Assembly: GCF_031769215.1 (NCBI RefSeq)
Contig: NW_026782072.1
Coordinates: 744,001-808,000, forward strand
Direction of reading: 5' to 3'
DNA from: Ylistrum balloti
Lineage: Eukaryota
Length of the DNA: 64,000 bases
The notes under the pieces were generated by a model that saw nothing but the letters and a program-made list of their open reading frames with translations, did no database searches and was not told the origin of the DNA. Below are positions 25,425-38,930 of the stretch, piece by piece. Positions within the stretch are counted from its first letter, which is position 1. Every line of letters begins with the position of its first letter. Both the position numbers and the translations under genes were made by a program.

Positions 25425-26178
25425 GTAGAGTTGTATAATCACTTCATGTAAGATTACATGCTGTAATTTCCATGAAATAAATGAATTGGCATTATTAAGC
25501 TATTTACATCTGTGCTAATGACTGAAGGCAGTATATATGTGACACCTAGTCTATATTTTATTGCTTTTTTTTTTGTGCGAGGTTTGGTTCTAGATTGTGG
25601 ACTCAAGTACCAACACTCAAATAAGGTGTTTCTTTGAGTGGTAATTGTTAAATTTAAAGGACATGTCATAAGGTATCTGATATTTGTAAAGTTTGAAATG
25701 ATTTGTAAGTATGATACAGAACATTTTTTTTTTTAATTGATGAAATAAAAAGACTTTTTACTATAAAATATTTTATATTAACATTATGGCACATTAAACC
25801 TATGATTCAGTATATCCATCTGGTATTGTTCATGACCACTGTGTAATCCTATATGACACAGCTCATGTAATTAAGGCAAAGTCTGCCTGATTCTGTGCAT
25901 GCACACATGTTGACTGTCATAAATGCCAGATCGATGGTTTTTGATTTCAATATAGTCCTCGAGTTAATTCTCAAATGTCACGTGTAAAGGAAGGGACAAA
26001 TGAAAAAATAAATACAAAGAAGATTTATATTTTTAAATTCAAGAAAGCCTTATTGTATTCTGAAATTATAATCCTTAATAATATTGTATTTGGGAATTCA
26101 CAAATCCTTCAAAAAAAATTAAAGATTAATACCATTACATGACAGTTCTGATGTAGTTATATTCTGTTCTGATTACAG

Positions 26179-26231
26179 GGGTAGGAGCAGAGGAAGAGGA
26201 GCAAAGGATACAAAACAAGAGAAGGGACAAG
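26179..26231 (+). CDS. EEP nuclease coding exon 2 (GRSRGRGAKDTKQEKGQ)
   Basis: gattacag acceptor, gtgtgc donor; phases 2/1 link exon 1 to exon 3 in frame. Confidence 0.75.
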
Positions 26232-26422
26232 GTGTGCTACTGTTTCTTAAATCAATTAATTTCAATATGTATAAGTAATTTTTTATATTGACATATATAA
26301 ACATTATTGTTAATTAAGTATCGCAAAGTGATCATAGAGTAACAGTGCTGTTGTGAGTAGAGAAATAGGAATGCTGACATCCTTAATTTAACTTTTTTGA
26401 GTAAATTTTTTTTATTTACCAG

Positions 26423-28553
26423 GTGATGATGAAGAGATGCCAAGTCCAAAGAAGGGGCGAGTCACTCGAGCTGTTGTGCAACAGGAGGAGGCACCATCTC
26501 GTGGGAGGGCAGGTAGTCGCAAAGCTGCAGAACAAAAAAAACCTGCCCCTTCACCAACTCAGAAAAGTCGTTCTAGCTCTCGTCAAAAAACTGCTCCTAC
26601 ACCAACCAAGACAGAGCAACCAAAGGCAGAAACTTCAAGGTCACGTAGTAGGTCTAAGGCAGCAAAACCTGAACCCAAAACACCAGAGCCCAAACCAGCC
26701 AAGTCTAAAAGCCAACCCAAGAGCCAAACCAAAAAAACACCAGCTAAAAAAGCAACGCCTGTAACTGTAGCCAAACCTAATTCTTCACCAAAGTCTACTG
26801 GTACAAGAAGCAGTAGCAGGGGCAAGAAGGAGGAAAAGGCAAGTGACATGCCATCTGCACAAATTATTCTCACCAAGATTGATAGTCCTAGCAAATCTAA
26901 CAATACAAAGTTAAAAGAAGTAACATCACCCTCTGCAAGTAGAGGTCGTTCATCTGCAAAATCCTCACCTCAAAAGGCCAGTCCAAAAGCATCTAGAAGA
27001 TCAAAATCCACTGAGAAATCTACTCCTCCAGCTCGACGTGGTAGAAAGTCTGCTGAGGCAGAAGAGAAAGTTGAAGATGCTGAAAAAGATGAAGGCAAAG
27101 AAGTCATTACAGAAAATGAAAAAGTAGAGACGACCAAGGATGAAGAAACTGTAGAAGAATCAGCTGTGTCTGAGGAGGCAACTAAAGATGAAGGTATGGA
27201 TACAGAAGATGATACAGCAGAAGTAGAGGATAAGGTAGAGGAGAAAGAAAGCAATGATGTAAATGAAAAAGAAAATGAAATTGAGAAGGAAAATGAAGTA
27301 GAAGAAGAGGAGGAAGAAATGAAGGATGAGGAAATGAAGGATGAAGAAGTAAAGGACAAAGAGTCGAAAGAAGAAGTTAAAGATGAAATGGAGGGAGAAA
27401 CTGAAGTAAATAAAGAAGAAAACGAAGTGAAAAATGAAGAAAATGAATCTTGCACTAAACCAGAGGAAAGTGTTGAGGAAGAAATGGAAAAGGAGGAAGT
27501 GGATAAGAAGGAGCCTTGTGAACCAGAAAAGGAGGAACCTTCAGTAGAAACCATACCACCTTCGGGACCTTCACCAGTAAAACAGTCAGCATCTCCAGCA
27601 ACGCAAGAATCTAAACCACCTGAAATTGAAGCAATATCTGATGATGAAGATGCGATAGAAGAGCAAAAGGATGAACCAATGGAAGAAGGTGGTGGTGAAG
27701 AACAGAAAGAAGAACAAGCAGAAGTTACACCAGCTGCTGAAGAATCAGAGGCAGCTAAAGTGGAGGCACCCCAGGAAGTTTCAGAACCTGCAACAACGGA
27801 CAGAGAGCAGCAAAACGGATCCTCAGATGATCCGCTTTCTTCTCCAACCCGCAAACGCAAGTGGGGTGAACTGGATGACAAAGAAGAGGACCTATCACCT
27901 AAAAAGGTGCGTCGGTCTATTGATATGGCTGATGTCACAAGTGAAGGAGTAGTAACGACAAATGGGGAAGATCAGGTTTCAAATCAAGAAGCAGAAGAGG
28001 AATCAATGGAAACAAATGTAGACCAGAAGGCCCTGGAATCACAAGTAGTACAAACTTCCACAGACACAGGAAATCAAGATATTGTACAGGATTATGTTGT
28101 CGTGAATATGGATGAAATACCAGCAGCTAATAGCACAGAAGTCTTACAGTGCTTACCTACAGCGAAAGAGGAGGCAACCACTGTTACAACAGCAGAACAA
28201 AGTCAGTCAGAAGTTCCTGCAGCAGAAGTGGTTTCAGATATTAATCAGGATCAAACAACAGCATCATCTCCAGTGTCGGAGGTCAATCCAGTGCTGTCCA
28301 GGAAATTTATTCCTAATCCAGCTTATCAGTCAGGGGACACTAACAAACAATTCTCGGTGGTTAGTTACAACATTTTAGCTCAGTGTCACTTAGAGAGAAA
28401 TGACTATACATTTACAGAGTCTCAGTATTTAACAGAAAGTTATCGTCATCAAAACCTTGTGAAAGAAATAGAATACCTTGGTGCAGATTTAGTGTGTATG
28501 CAGGAAGTGGGACCTCTATACTTTGAGTCCTTACTCAAACCAGCAATGTCAAA
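26423..28553 (+). CDS. EEP nuclease coding exon 3 (2131 bp): basic S/P/K/R-rich then acidic E-rich region, start of EEP domain (SYNILAQ, LVCMQEV)
   Basis: 706-aa ORF; ttaccag acceptor, aa|gtaagt donor, phase 1/2; catalytic Asn and Glu motifs present. Confidence 0.95.
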
Positions 28554-30274
28554 GTAAGTTGAATTTGTGTAAGTTCTAGGGTAGCTTTATATTGAAACAG
28601 TGACAGCTTCAAACCTTTGAATACTTCCACTGTTTTGCCACTGTGTGTCAATGTATTTTATAGCAGTTTCACAATTACATGTATATCAGTAAGCATTTAG
28701 TATTGATCAAAGTTCTGTGGCACTTGTTTGCTAAGTATTTGTTTTCAATACATATGTCTACATATGTATTATTATTCTCAAACAAGATACAAATAGATGT
28801 CAGCTTACACTATCAATTCTTAAGCTCAGAAGCAGCGTCCATTAAATACTTCAGAGACTTGATGAAAATAAGTAACCCCATTTTTTTTTTTTTTTTTGAC
28901 TATATCGTAAGGGATGACTACTAAAAGTGAAAATCCCCATAAGATTTGGGATAGCCTTAATGCTATCAAAATGGGGACACGAAAACAACCAAAATAAAAC
29001 TATTGTGCCTGACACAACCTTTGTTATCATTAATTTTCTCATTTTTTAATCCTAATTTTTATTAGCCGATCAAAAAATACTGACTTGACTTAAAGTATGG
29101 TGTTGTCATTTTTTATCTGGAGATCTCCCAGATTTTTCTACCTCTATTTTTCAACGTTGGTATGCTTAATAGCCTTGACATGAAGTTGTGTTATTTGATT
29201 CAATTGTATTTTATAAGTTACTGCCCCTTGTTTTCTTATTTTGTAATCTTATCTGGAGATCTTTCTCTTGTTTTTTCAGTTGTCTTTTTTTTTTCAAATA
29301 AGGTATGCTTAATCACATGACATGAAGTTGTTTTCCTACACAGCAGTTTGATTCAGCAATGGTTGAAGGTGTTAATTGCTCTTTGCTTTTTTAGCATTTT
29401 AATTTTGTATTGATATCTTTTCCAATCTTTCACAAATTTCTCTCAAAATTGGTAGGTTTTATACTATTTCACGAGATGGTGTTCTTATGAACAGTATTTT
29501 GATTCAATGATATTTCAAAAAGTTATTGCCCTTTAATTTTTTTTGAAGCATTGAAATCTTGTCAAAATAATAATTCTTCATCCTTTTTATTAAAACTTGT
29601 ATTTTTGATGTATCATTCTTTGGCATGGGACGGGATGGGTGTATACTGTTCCATCTCACAGTACATTGTACTTGTGTAATGCTGTACTTGATATAGTGAA
29701 ACTCTGATTTTCATACACTCATCAAAAATTTTGACAGGATGTATTATGGTATGGTGTGTCAATTCATTATCTCTCGGTCATAAACTTTCATTTGTCTGTA
29801 GATCTTTCAACTGCTTGTTTTCCCTCTTGACATTTTAACTTACTATTGCCATCCCCATATTTGTGATTTTCATTACAACAAATCCTGAATATTTCTTTGA
29901 TATGGGATGAGTCTGTACTGTTCCGCCATGCAGTAATCTTGTCCTTAGTGATTATACTGTGTCTGCTCAAGTGAGGGCGGTTTTGATTTTTTATCAGTAT
30001 TCTTTGACTGTATCTGTCTACCATGCCTGGATTATGATGTTTTATAGTGTTACAGGACATATAGCAGCCTCTGAGTGGTACTGTTATTTGTGAACACCAT
30101 ATCTTATATTGTCTTGTTTGAGGGAACTCAACATTTTCCTGTATACAGTTATAATAGTAATTGGTAGTTTGTTAACATATAGTGTAATGTAAGAACGCCC
30201 TATCACTATTCACAAATCTTGTATATATGTTGTCTATCAAAATGATATTTGCAATTTGTTGATTTTGTGAACAG

Positions 30275-30407
30275 ATTGGGGTATGAGGGTGTTATGAAGA
30301 AGAGAACACAGGAATACTTCAATGAAGGAGAAGCCACGTTTTACAAGACAAGCAGATTTTCTGTCATAGAGTCTCAGACATACTCCTTAGCAGATTTAGC
30401 AGAAAAG
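30275..30407 (+). CDS. EEP nuclease coding exon 4 (LGYEGVMKKRTQEYFNEGEATFYKTSRF...)
   Basis: acag/gtaatc boundaries, phase 2/0; GxATFYK motif typical of CCR4-type domains. Confidence 0.93.
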
Positions 30408-30594
30408 GTAATCACTAACAAAACGTTACCTGGTTCCTTTTCAGTCCTTATCCAGTGTAGGACTGGGAGCAATCCTATGTAAGAAAATTGATGTCCATCC
30501 ATTGGTTGTCTTGTGCATAAAACTATGGTAGAAAAAATATTGAAATATAGGTGTTTGTTTTAATTGAATGTTTCTTTATATGGTGATTTACCTA

Positions 30595-30985
30595 TTAGTA
30601 CAATCATTTCATGTACAGACTTCAATTCCCAATGTCATGATTGTTTTACCTGCTAGTACAATCACATCATCTACAGTCTACAAGTCCTCTGTTAGTACAA
30701 TCACATCATCTACAGTCTACAAGTCATCACTGTCATGATTGTTTTACCTGTTAGTACAATCACATCATCTACAGTCTACAAGTCCTCTGTTAGTACAATC
30801 ACATCATCTACAGTCTACAAGTCATCACTGTCATGATTGTTTTACCTGTTAGTACAATCACATCATGTACAGTCTACAAGTCCTCTGTTAGTACAATCAC
30901 ATCATGTACAGTCTACAAGTCCTCTGTTAGTACAATCACATCATCTACAGTCTACAAGTCCACAATGTTATGATTGTTTTACCTG
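30595..30985. repeat. Intronic minisatellite with alternating 39-bp and 59-bp units
   Basis: gttagtacaatcacatc cores at 30652, 30691, 30750, 30789, 30848, 30887 and 30926. Confidence 0.92.
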
Positions 30986-31212
30986 TATCAGGCTGTGACT
31001 CATTTTATTATTTTCTTTAGAGCTAAGCTATGCTGAACTATGCCAATGCTCTAAATATGAATAATGGCTGACTTGTCATTAATACAGTAATCAATAAAAC
31101 TGGTCAATCTGTATTAGTTCTGAGTAAATTATAATGTAATGTAGGATTATTATGTAGGATAAGAATAGAAAATATGAGTGTGTGTGTATGAATGACAATA
31201 TATTTTTTACAG

Positions 31213-31392
31213 GAATTAGAAGATGGTGGCGTAAGTGAGGATGTTAAAGTGTCCATCAGGAAATACCTGGACCTGCCTGACGTTCTGGTGCTGACAAAGC
31301 TACGTTGTAAAGTCACTGACAATGTACTGTGTGTCGGTAACATTCATGTCCAGTGGGGCAAGATGGAAATCCCCGATGCTCAGTGTATACAG
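31213..31392 (+). CDS. EEP nuclease coding exon 5 (ELEDGG...LCVGNIHVQW...QCIQ)
   Basis: ttacag/gtaagt boundaries, 180 bp, phase 0/0; NIHV corresponds to the NTHL motif. Confidence 0.93.
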
Positions 31393-32018
31393 GTAAGTCG
31401 TTGATAGAGCTGGTCATCTCAATTGTACTGTAGAATTTACTGGACAGCTTGACTGAATGTCTGCATAGGCAACCTCCCACCCCATGGAAAGTAACACTGA
31501 TTACACAAGTCTCCAGCATCAGCTTTTCATTTAAATGCCTGGTCTAGAGCTGAATTTTGACAGCAGTTAACTGGAAGTAAGGGTGAAATGGCCACCTGGT
31601 TGAGTCTAGACAGTAGGTAAATTTACCAGGTTAGAAGTCTTATCTGGACAACATTCACCAAACATTTACTATTATAATTTTATAGAATTGAGATAGTCTT
31701 ATGAAATTTTGTCCTTGTGCTCACAATTTGTTCAAGGGTTCCTTATATACATATGCTTGTTGATTGCTGAAAGTTAAAAAAATTAGACGTCAAGGTCATG
31801 GATATTTTTTATCATATGTAGCAAAATATTGGTGGCGTTTGTGTAACATACATTGTAACTTACTCAATATCTTCATTCACAATTTTTATGAAGGGGCAGA
31901 TTTGATATTAGACTAGCTTTAGGGTCATTAAGTGAAAATTTTTGTTTTCAGCTGGTACTTTCATAGTCTCAAGTCTCTTCATGTTTATGTATCATACTGT
32001 TTGTTTTCAGCTCGTACT

Positions 32019-32544
32019 CAGGGCTAGAAAAAAATATTTTCAGCTACTTGTCTGTGAATTTCAAGTTTCACTTGCCCGAATCCAATATTCACTCACCCAA
32101 AGAAAAAAGGCAACAAAACATAATTTAAGGAACACAAATTTTATTATCAATTTCTATATCAAATGTTTGAACTGAACACTTGCTTTTGTTGTTTTAATTC
32201 ACTGTTAACACTAGCGAGAACATCAACTTTTTGACAGTAACTACGTACACAAAACAACCTTGTTTACAACATTTGTGGTGACGTAATAGGTTTTCGCGTA
32301 GTCTGGATCAGCCGGAGTCTTGGTGCAAACAAGGATACTACATTGATGTATTTGATCGACTATCAGTGGATTTAAATTAGTTTTAAGAGTGTTTTAGTTG
32401 ATAAATGTCATTTATTATGGAATATTCAATAGTCAGAACTACAAATTTCACTTGCCCACCGGACAAGTAGCTGAAACAAATCACTCACCCGCAAGTAGCT
32501 TTGATTCGTCTAGACGAGCGGATGAGTGGATTTTTCTAACCCTG
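32019..32544. mobile_element. 526-bp non-autonomous DNA transposon with CAGGG TIRs and 5-bp TSD gtact
   Basis: cagggctagaaaaa...tttttctaaccctg; gtact at 32014-32018 and 32545-32549; subterminal inverted motif tttcagctacttgtc / gacaagtagctgaaa. Confidence 0.8.
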
Positions 32545-32728
32545 GTACTTTCATAGTCTCAAGTCTCTTGATGTTTATGCATCAGAATGAAAATCTTTAA
32601 ACTAAGTTGATTGTATCTGTCAAGATTGCTCCAAAGTAGCTTGTCAAAATACCAGGTCATATTATATACCAATTCTAAGTCACTGAACCAGTACCATTTC
32701 AACACAATTTGGGAAATTTATCTTTCAG

Positions 32729-32914
32729 ATTGTATGTGCCATAAAAGAATTAGCAAAGCAGGGTGGAAGTGATTGTCATGCCCAGATCCTGTGTGGAGAT
32801 TTCAATTCAGAAGTGACTAGTCCTGGGTACAAACTAGCCATGGAGGGTTATATCACTGATGAAGTTCTCAGGCAGCTACAGGCACTAGAGAATCTAGAGA
32901 TGCCCGACTCAAAT
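32729..32914 (+). CDS. EEP nuclease coding exon 6 (IVCAIKELAK...ILCGDFNS...MPDSN)
   Basis: tttcag/gtaagt boundaries, 186 bp, phase 0/0; catalytic GDFNS motif. Confidence 0.95.
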
Positions 32915-33505
32915 GTAAGTCACATCAGATTTCAGAGATTAATATGAGTTTGAGGAATGTGGGGTATTCGATTAATAATGGTTCGAGAAATCCAAGGTTA
33001 AGTAACTTGAAATATGCAAGGAAATGGTCAGGACCAACTGGCCAGTTGGATGAATAGGGAGTATTCAAGGAATATGGGTTAGAGTAAGTGGGATTTTACT
33101 GTATGTGTGTAACTGATGGTGAATCATATTCTTTTTGTGGTCTAAAATAGATGCCTTAGCTTCAGACTGGCTTACTTAGTTATATTATCATAAAATGCAG
33201 TCCACGTAAAGATGTTATCATCCTGGTCATACATTATAGAAGAAATTCACAAAATGGATATAATCTCTGCAAAGTTGTATCCATGGTGTGGTTAAAATTG
33301 ATTAAAACATTTTTATGTTGGAAAAGAAAGTCAAATATTACTATAAATAGGCTAAAGACCATTTGGTTAGAAAACTCTAATTGATCTGTTAGACAAATAT
33401 GTGCTATTTTGTGCACTGTAATTAATGATAAGATGAGAATGCAAGTATTTATGTATATTGAAATATGTTTACTGTGTATAATGTCAATTGTATGTTATGT
33501 TACAG

Positions 33506-33583
33506 AAGGCAGCACTTGTAAACCATCTTTGGAGAGCATTCCAACACACATCAAACCTTAAGAGTGCTTACCAGTCGGCACAG
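33506..33583 (+). CDS. EEP nuclease coding exon 7 (KAALVNHLWRAFQHTSNLKSAY QSAQ)
   Basis: ttacag/gtaagt boundaries, 78 bp, phase 0/0; HxxxLKSAY motif. Confidence 0.92.
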
Positions 33584-34286
33584 GTAAGTACTCCCGTCTA
33601 GTATGTGGTCTCAATTTAAGGCTACTGATCAAATTAAAGGGAAAATGAATGTTATTTTAGTTTCTCCCCAAGGAAGGAGCAAAAGCAAGACTTTCGTGTT
33701 ACCTCTGTCAGTGTTGGTGTCACTCCAGTCAGTGTTGGTGTCCACAGGTTGATAGAAAACAAAATACTACAACAACAGAATTTTATTTTCTACATTTTAT
33801 AAACATACTGTACATATAAGTAGTTAGACCTAACGAGAGTGCTAAAAGTCAGGACAAAAATAGCAATAGTCCATTCTTTGTATAAAAATTGTTTTATTTT
33901 AAAAGATGTTGAGAATTGTCATTCCCTTTAAAAAGTAATGAAATGGACTTAAAATTTAGTACAGACCTCTCATAAACAGGAGGGAGAGGGGGATTGTGGG
34001 AGTTTAAATTTCATTAAATTCTTGACTTTTTCCATGTCATTGTTTGTAAACCTTTACATTGGTTTGCCTTATTTTATTTAATGATTGAAAGTTGCAATAC
34101 TCTAAGATTTATGATAAATTAGAGGAACATTTAGATGTCAGCTTATTACTGTTTTTTGTGTCCAGACTATTATGTTGTTTTTATTGGCAGGTGGGGGTGA
34201 TGGAAGCATGTTTTTCATGTGTAATATTTTATTGTTTCTTTGATGTTCTGAAATATGACAATGGCACCCACTATGCTGTTTTCCAG

Positions 34287-34487
34287 GGACAAGAACCTGT
34301 GGTGACTTCCTACAACAGGGTGATGCTGGCAGCAGTTGACTATATCTTCTATTGTGGCGGCAGTCTGCACAATGTTGGGGTATTAGAGACAGCCCATGAG
34401 GACAGCATCAAAGCAACAGGCGGTATCCCTGACCAACATTTCCCATCAGATCATGTCTCCATAAAAGCAGTCTTCGCATTCTCATAA
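34287..34487 (+). CDS. EEP nuclease terminal coding exon (GQEPVVTSYN...VDYIFY...FPSDHVSIKAVFAFS*)
   Basis: ttccag acceptor, TAA at 34485-34487; DYIFY and PSDH catalytic motifs. The eight exons sum to 3123 nt (1040 aa). Confidence 0.95.
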   Translation, partial: GQEPVVTSYNRVMLAAVDYIFYCGGSLHNVGVLETAHEDSIKATGGIPDQHFPSDHVSIKAVFAFS

Positions 34488-37400
34488 TCACCACATCAGG
34501 TACCAAACATGCTATCTGCTTTATAGATTAATCCATAAGTTTTTGCTTTCCAAATGTCATGTGTTGCTGATATTTATTGAAAAAGAAAAAGTAACTGAGA
34601 GAGTCTAGTGTAAAATTGAAATAGCTTGTCAAAAAAAGTTCAAATTTAGATATATGGAAATTGATTTTCATCCATATACATTAGCAATGTACCACCTGAA
34701 ATTTTAAGTAGTTTTTGCACAAAGTTGCTTGTGCATCATGTGATGTGTAAAGCTGTATATAATTTGCAGCATATTTGGTTTTTCTTTTTTACAGATGAGA
34801 TTGTATATATTTGGAAATTAATGTTTTTTATTTTTAGATGCTCTGAACTCATTTCATCTTATCCATTGACCACGACAAGGAATACAAGTGTGGATACAAC
34901 TCCTTTAGTTTGGACGTATTTCACTGAGGCATGACAGCATACTCAACTCCAGTAATGATGCATTTACACATTTCTCATTCATTCTCCTTGTCGTCAAACA
35001 GATCTTCCAGCACAGTGTCAAGTTTTGCCGTATTCCTCAAAACATCAAGAAGTTTTATAGCAAATAGACATTGTGCAAAATTGATATATATAAGTCAGAT
35101 CTACTATCTAAACTAAAACTTGTTTATGTTTACATGAAAATTGAAGAACCAATGATTTATACATAATTGTTCTGTAAAAGCTATTTTAATCCTTGTTCAA
35201 ATTACTAACGGAATAAATTTTTAAACCAGTTGATACACTTTTGTTTTAAATTCTCAGTTCCAATTTTGAGAATTAATCAGTTGATCATTCGGTAGTTGGA
35301 TTGATATTGAAATGATTTATTTTTAAATTCATAGAAAGCTTAAATTTGTTTAAGATACAATTTACACCCAAAATTTGTTTCTAGTCATTAGAATGTTGCA
35401 ACATACCTGACAATTTCTTGTTCTTATTACAAGTAACTGTATTTGTTGTTATGGTTACTGGTAAAGCATGACTTTTGTAAATTATATATTTAGAGTAAAT
35501 TCTTGTAGGATTGTTCAACACATCATGTCCCAGTTTCTGAACATTCCTTAACTTAAAAAGCAATCTTTATAATTCTGTAGGCAAACATTTAATACAAGAG
35601 TGAAGAAATTAGCCCTTGACAGATGTTCATCCACATCAAGTTCAAACAGATAACATGGATGTAAGAAATTCTGTAAAGGATTGAGGAATGTTCATGAAAC
35701 TGAACTAGATCTTCCTTCTGAAGGAAGAGATTTTTCCCAATTTTATTGATTTGTCAAATGTATTTTTCTGATGGTTTTCATCTCAGTTTCAGTCTGTAAG
35801 TCCATGAAAATGACATAAAGGGTGTTGTAATAGGATATAAAATAATACTGTAACAATCAATATGTATTCTTATATATTGGAATCTTTTTATCAAGATCAG
35901 TCATTGTAATTAAATAATAGATGAAGGAATAAAACTGGATTTTATGTGATCAGCTCCAGTTTGTATATATATAGAACAACTCAGTCTTGAATAAGGTTTA
36001 AGTAGAAGTATACTAGGGATATGAAAGAGATGTAGATTTGTTTATACCAATTAATCTACCAGTGCTTAACAATGAGAACATGATCTAATGGTTACAACAG
36101 TGAATTTTTGTACAAGTTAACACGTAATTAAGTTTTGAGAATCCCAGACTAAGTATATGAAATTGTCAGTTTCCATCTGGAGAATCATGTTGTATGTTAG
36201 TGAGAGGATCGCATAAGATTTGAAAATCTGCCTCTCAGAGTGTATGAGGATGTTCATTTCTACTCACTCTAGTCTAAAGAATCTTCTATGAGTGTTTTTG
36301 TGAGAATGTCATGTTCCACTTCCTTTCTGCCATGTGCCATCTTAACGGTTATTCAAGAACAAACCAGAATTTCTTTCATGGTCTCAGTATGTATATATAT
36401 ATGTGTGTGTCCATTATTTTCATTGTACCTCCTAATCACTTGATAAGTAATGAAACTTTCCCCAGCTGGTATCCATTTTGTTTTTGTAGATAGCGGTGTA
36501 TCTTGTATTTGATAATCAGAGTTAGTTGTGTGAGGAGGAGGGACCAAATCAGAATTATTTTGCATATTATAAGAAGGCAACCCATCCTTTAGGTCTTCAT
36601 TTACAGTAATGTTGGACCATATAAAAGTAGTCTGTGCCAGTTTCCATAATATTCATATCTTAAGATGAATCCTACATTGAAATAATTGAAAGAGAAAATG
36701 TTTTCATAAAGTGTCAATATCTTGTCCATTTCTAAAGGCAGTTCAGAGAAAGAAAAAGTTTTACAATTTGAAGACAGCCAAAATTCATTAATGTTACTTG
36801 TTTGGAATTTTACAGAAATAATTTTAGAGATGTGTGCATTATATTGGACACTGACAGAAGTTAACGTGCAGAGATTTTTGTTGGTGCTGTTTCATAGAAA
36901 GAATTAAAGAAGTACTTACGCATATTAAAACGATGGATGCCCCCTGTAGCATTCAGAACTTTCATATTGCATGCGGTATGTGCAGACTAACTTTTACACT
37001 ATGCTGTAATGGTCTGTCACCATACTCTCCTGTTAAACAGGTGCAAAACAAATATGTCGATAATCCTCAGACTTATGTTTATAATGTTACATTTTGTTAC
37101 ACAATATTGCGAGATATCTTGTTCTCTATTCAGTGAAATATTTCTTAAGCTACCAGCAGTATTAGTTCATTTATTGTTTTATTAAAAAGTCTTCACAGTC
37201 AATCTTGAACCAGGAAAGGACTGATTATTTACTCCATTTATATGATACAAAAATATATGAGAAAGAATTAATTTTTTTTAAAATTTTTTTAATGGAGAAA
37301 TTTACAGGTAATTGCAAAAAAAATCTTTCAGCTGCCTTTCTATAATCAGAACAATTGATTATTGAATTTCATTACACTTCAGCGAAAATAAATATTTCAA

Positions 37401-37844
37401 TTGAATTACAATAAATATTTTTATATAGAAAACATGGATGAATTTTGTTCCGATGCACTTTTGATATGCAGTGTTAAATTTTTGATGATTATAGAACAGT
37501 CCCATGGCTATATCATTATTGTGATACTTGTCGTCCTGAACAGTAAAAAATGAAAAAAGATTTTACTGTAAAATAGCCATTATATATTCGAATAAACCAC
37601 CATTACAGCATTTCATTGGTGACACTTTTTGGTGTTCTGAGAACACCATAGAAATATGAATTATAAAACCATTGATCATGGGTTTTGTGCAAAATGAACT
37701 TAACATAATATTTAAATTACTCATTGTTTATTAATTTTAGCTCTTATTAGAATAGATGCTGCATTTAAACATTATTTTGTAATATTTGTTAGCTTCCTTA
37801 ACTACTTGACTTTGACTGTTGTGTACACTTGAGTAATTCCTGGA

Positions 37845-38350
37845 CTCCCTGTGAAGTTTGATATAGGTCCTGTGATCTGGGGTTGGGTCCTGCACTCCCT
37901 GTAAAGTGAGGGTGGATCTTGAACTCAGTGTAAAGACTTTGAGATCAGGAGAGATTTTAAACTCCCTTTGAAATGAGGGTGGGTCCTGAACTCCTGTTAA
38001 GTCAGACTGTGTCCTGAAATCCCTGTGAAGTCAGGGTGTGTCCTGAACTTTCTGCAATAGTTGTGTCCTGGACTCTGTAAAGTCAGAGTTTGATATCTGC
38101 TTCCTGTCCAATTTAGTTAATCATGATTCCTAGATCGAGGCAAAATCAGATAAAATCTTAAACTCCTAGTTAAATTGGGATTGGATGGATTTCCTTTCTA
38201 GTTAGGTAAATACTGTACCAAGACAGCAACAGTTAGAAAAGGTCCTGGATTCCTTGCTCAGTGTAGTGTAAGCTTTATCCCTGTAAAGCTGAGAATAGTT
38301 CCCAGTTTTCTGTCAAGTTAGGGTAGTCCTAGACAGCAGTATGAAGTCAG
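37845..38350. repeat. Highly degenerate tandem repeat (ggtcctgaactccctgtgaagtcagggt-like)
   Basis: Recurrent tcctg(a/g)actcc..gt..agt cores. Confidence 0.55.
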
Positions 38351-38544
38351 GGTATGTCATGAACCACGTCAAACATGTTTATTGATATTTTGTTGCAAAC
38401 TTTTAACATATCAGAAATGAAAAAATTAACACAATAAGAAATTGCATACAGTATACATTTGGCCTTAACACAATATACTGTAATGCATTTAAGTTAAAAA
38501 GCGTGGTTGTTTGATCACTAGATTATATTAGTCATCAATAGTAT

Positions 38545-38930
38545 CTGGTAATCCATTAAACCATCTGTACCACATGTTATTTTTAAGTTGATATTTTTGC
38601 TGTTCTGTCACAAGGGCAGATAATCCATTCAGTCATCTGTACCTCATGTTTTTTCACATTAATATCTTGACTCGCCTTTCAGGTCAAGGGCAGATAATCC
38701 ATTTAAACTTCTGTACCACCTGTTATTTCACTTTAATAACTCGACTGTACTTTCGGCTCAAGGGCAGATTATTCATTCAACCATTATTTCCACATGTTAT
38801 TTCACATCAATATTTTGACTGTCCTGTCAGGACAATGGAAGATCATCAATTCAGCCATCTGTACCACATGTTAGTTCACCGTCCTCTCAGGACAAGAGTA
38901 TGTAGATAATCCATTCAACCAACTGTACCA
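38545..38930. repeat. Degenerate ~75-bp tandem repeat (caagggcagataatccattca..catctgtacc)
   Basis: About five diverged copies visible. Confidence 0.6.

Noticed and set aside
26583-28378. Long antisense and alternative-frame ORFs (322 aa Ser-rich, etc.)
   Set aside because: Shadows of the low-complexity 2.1-kb coding exon.
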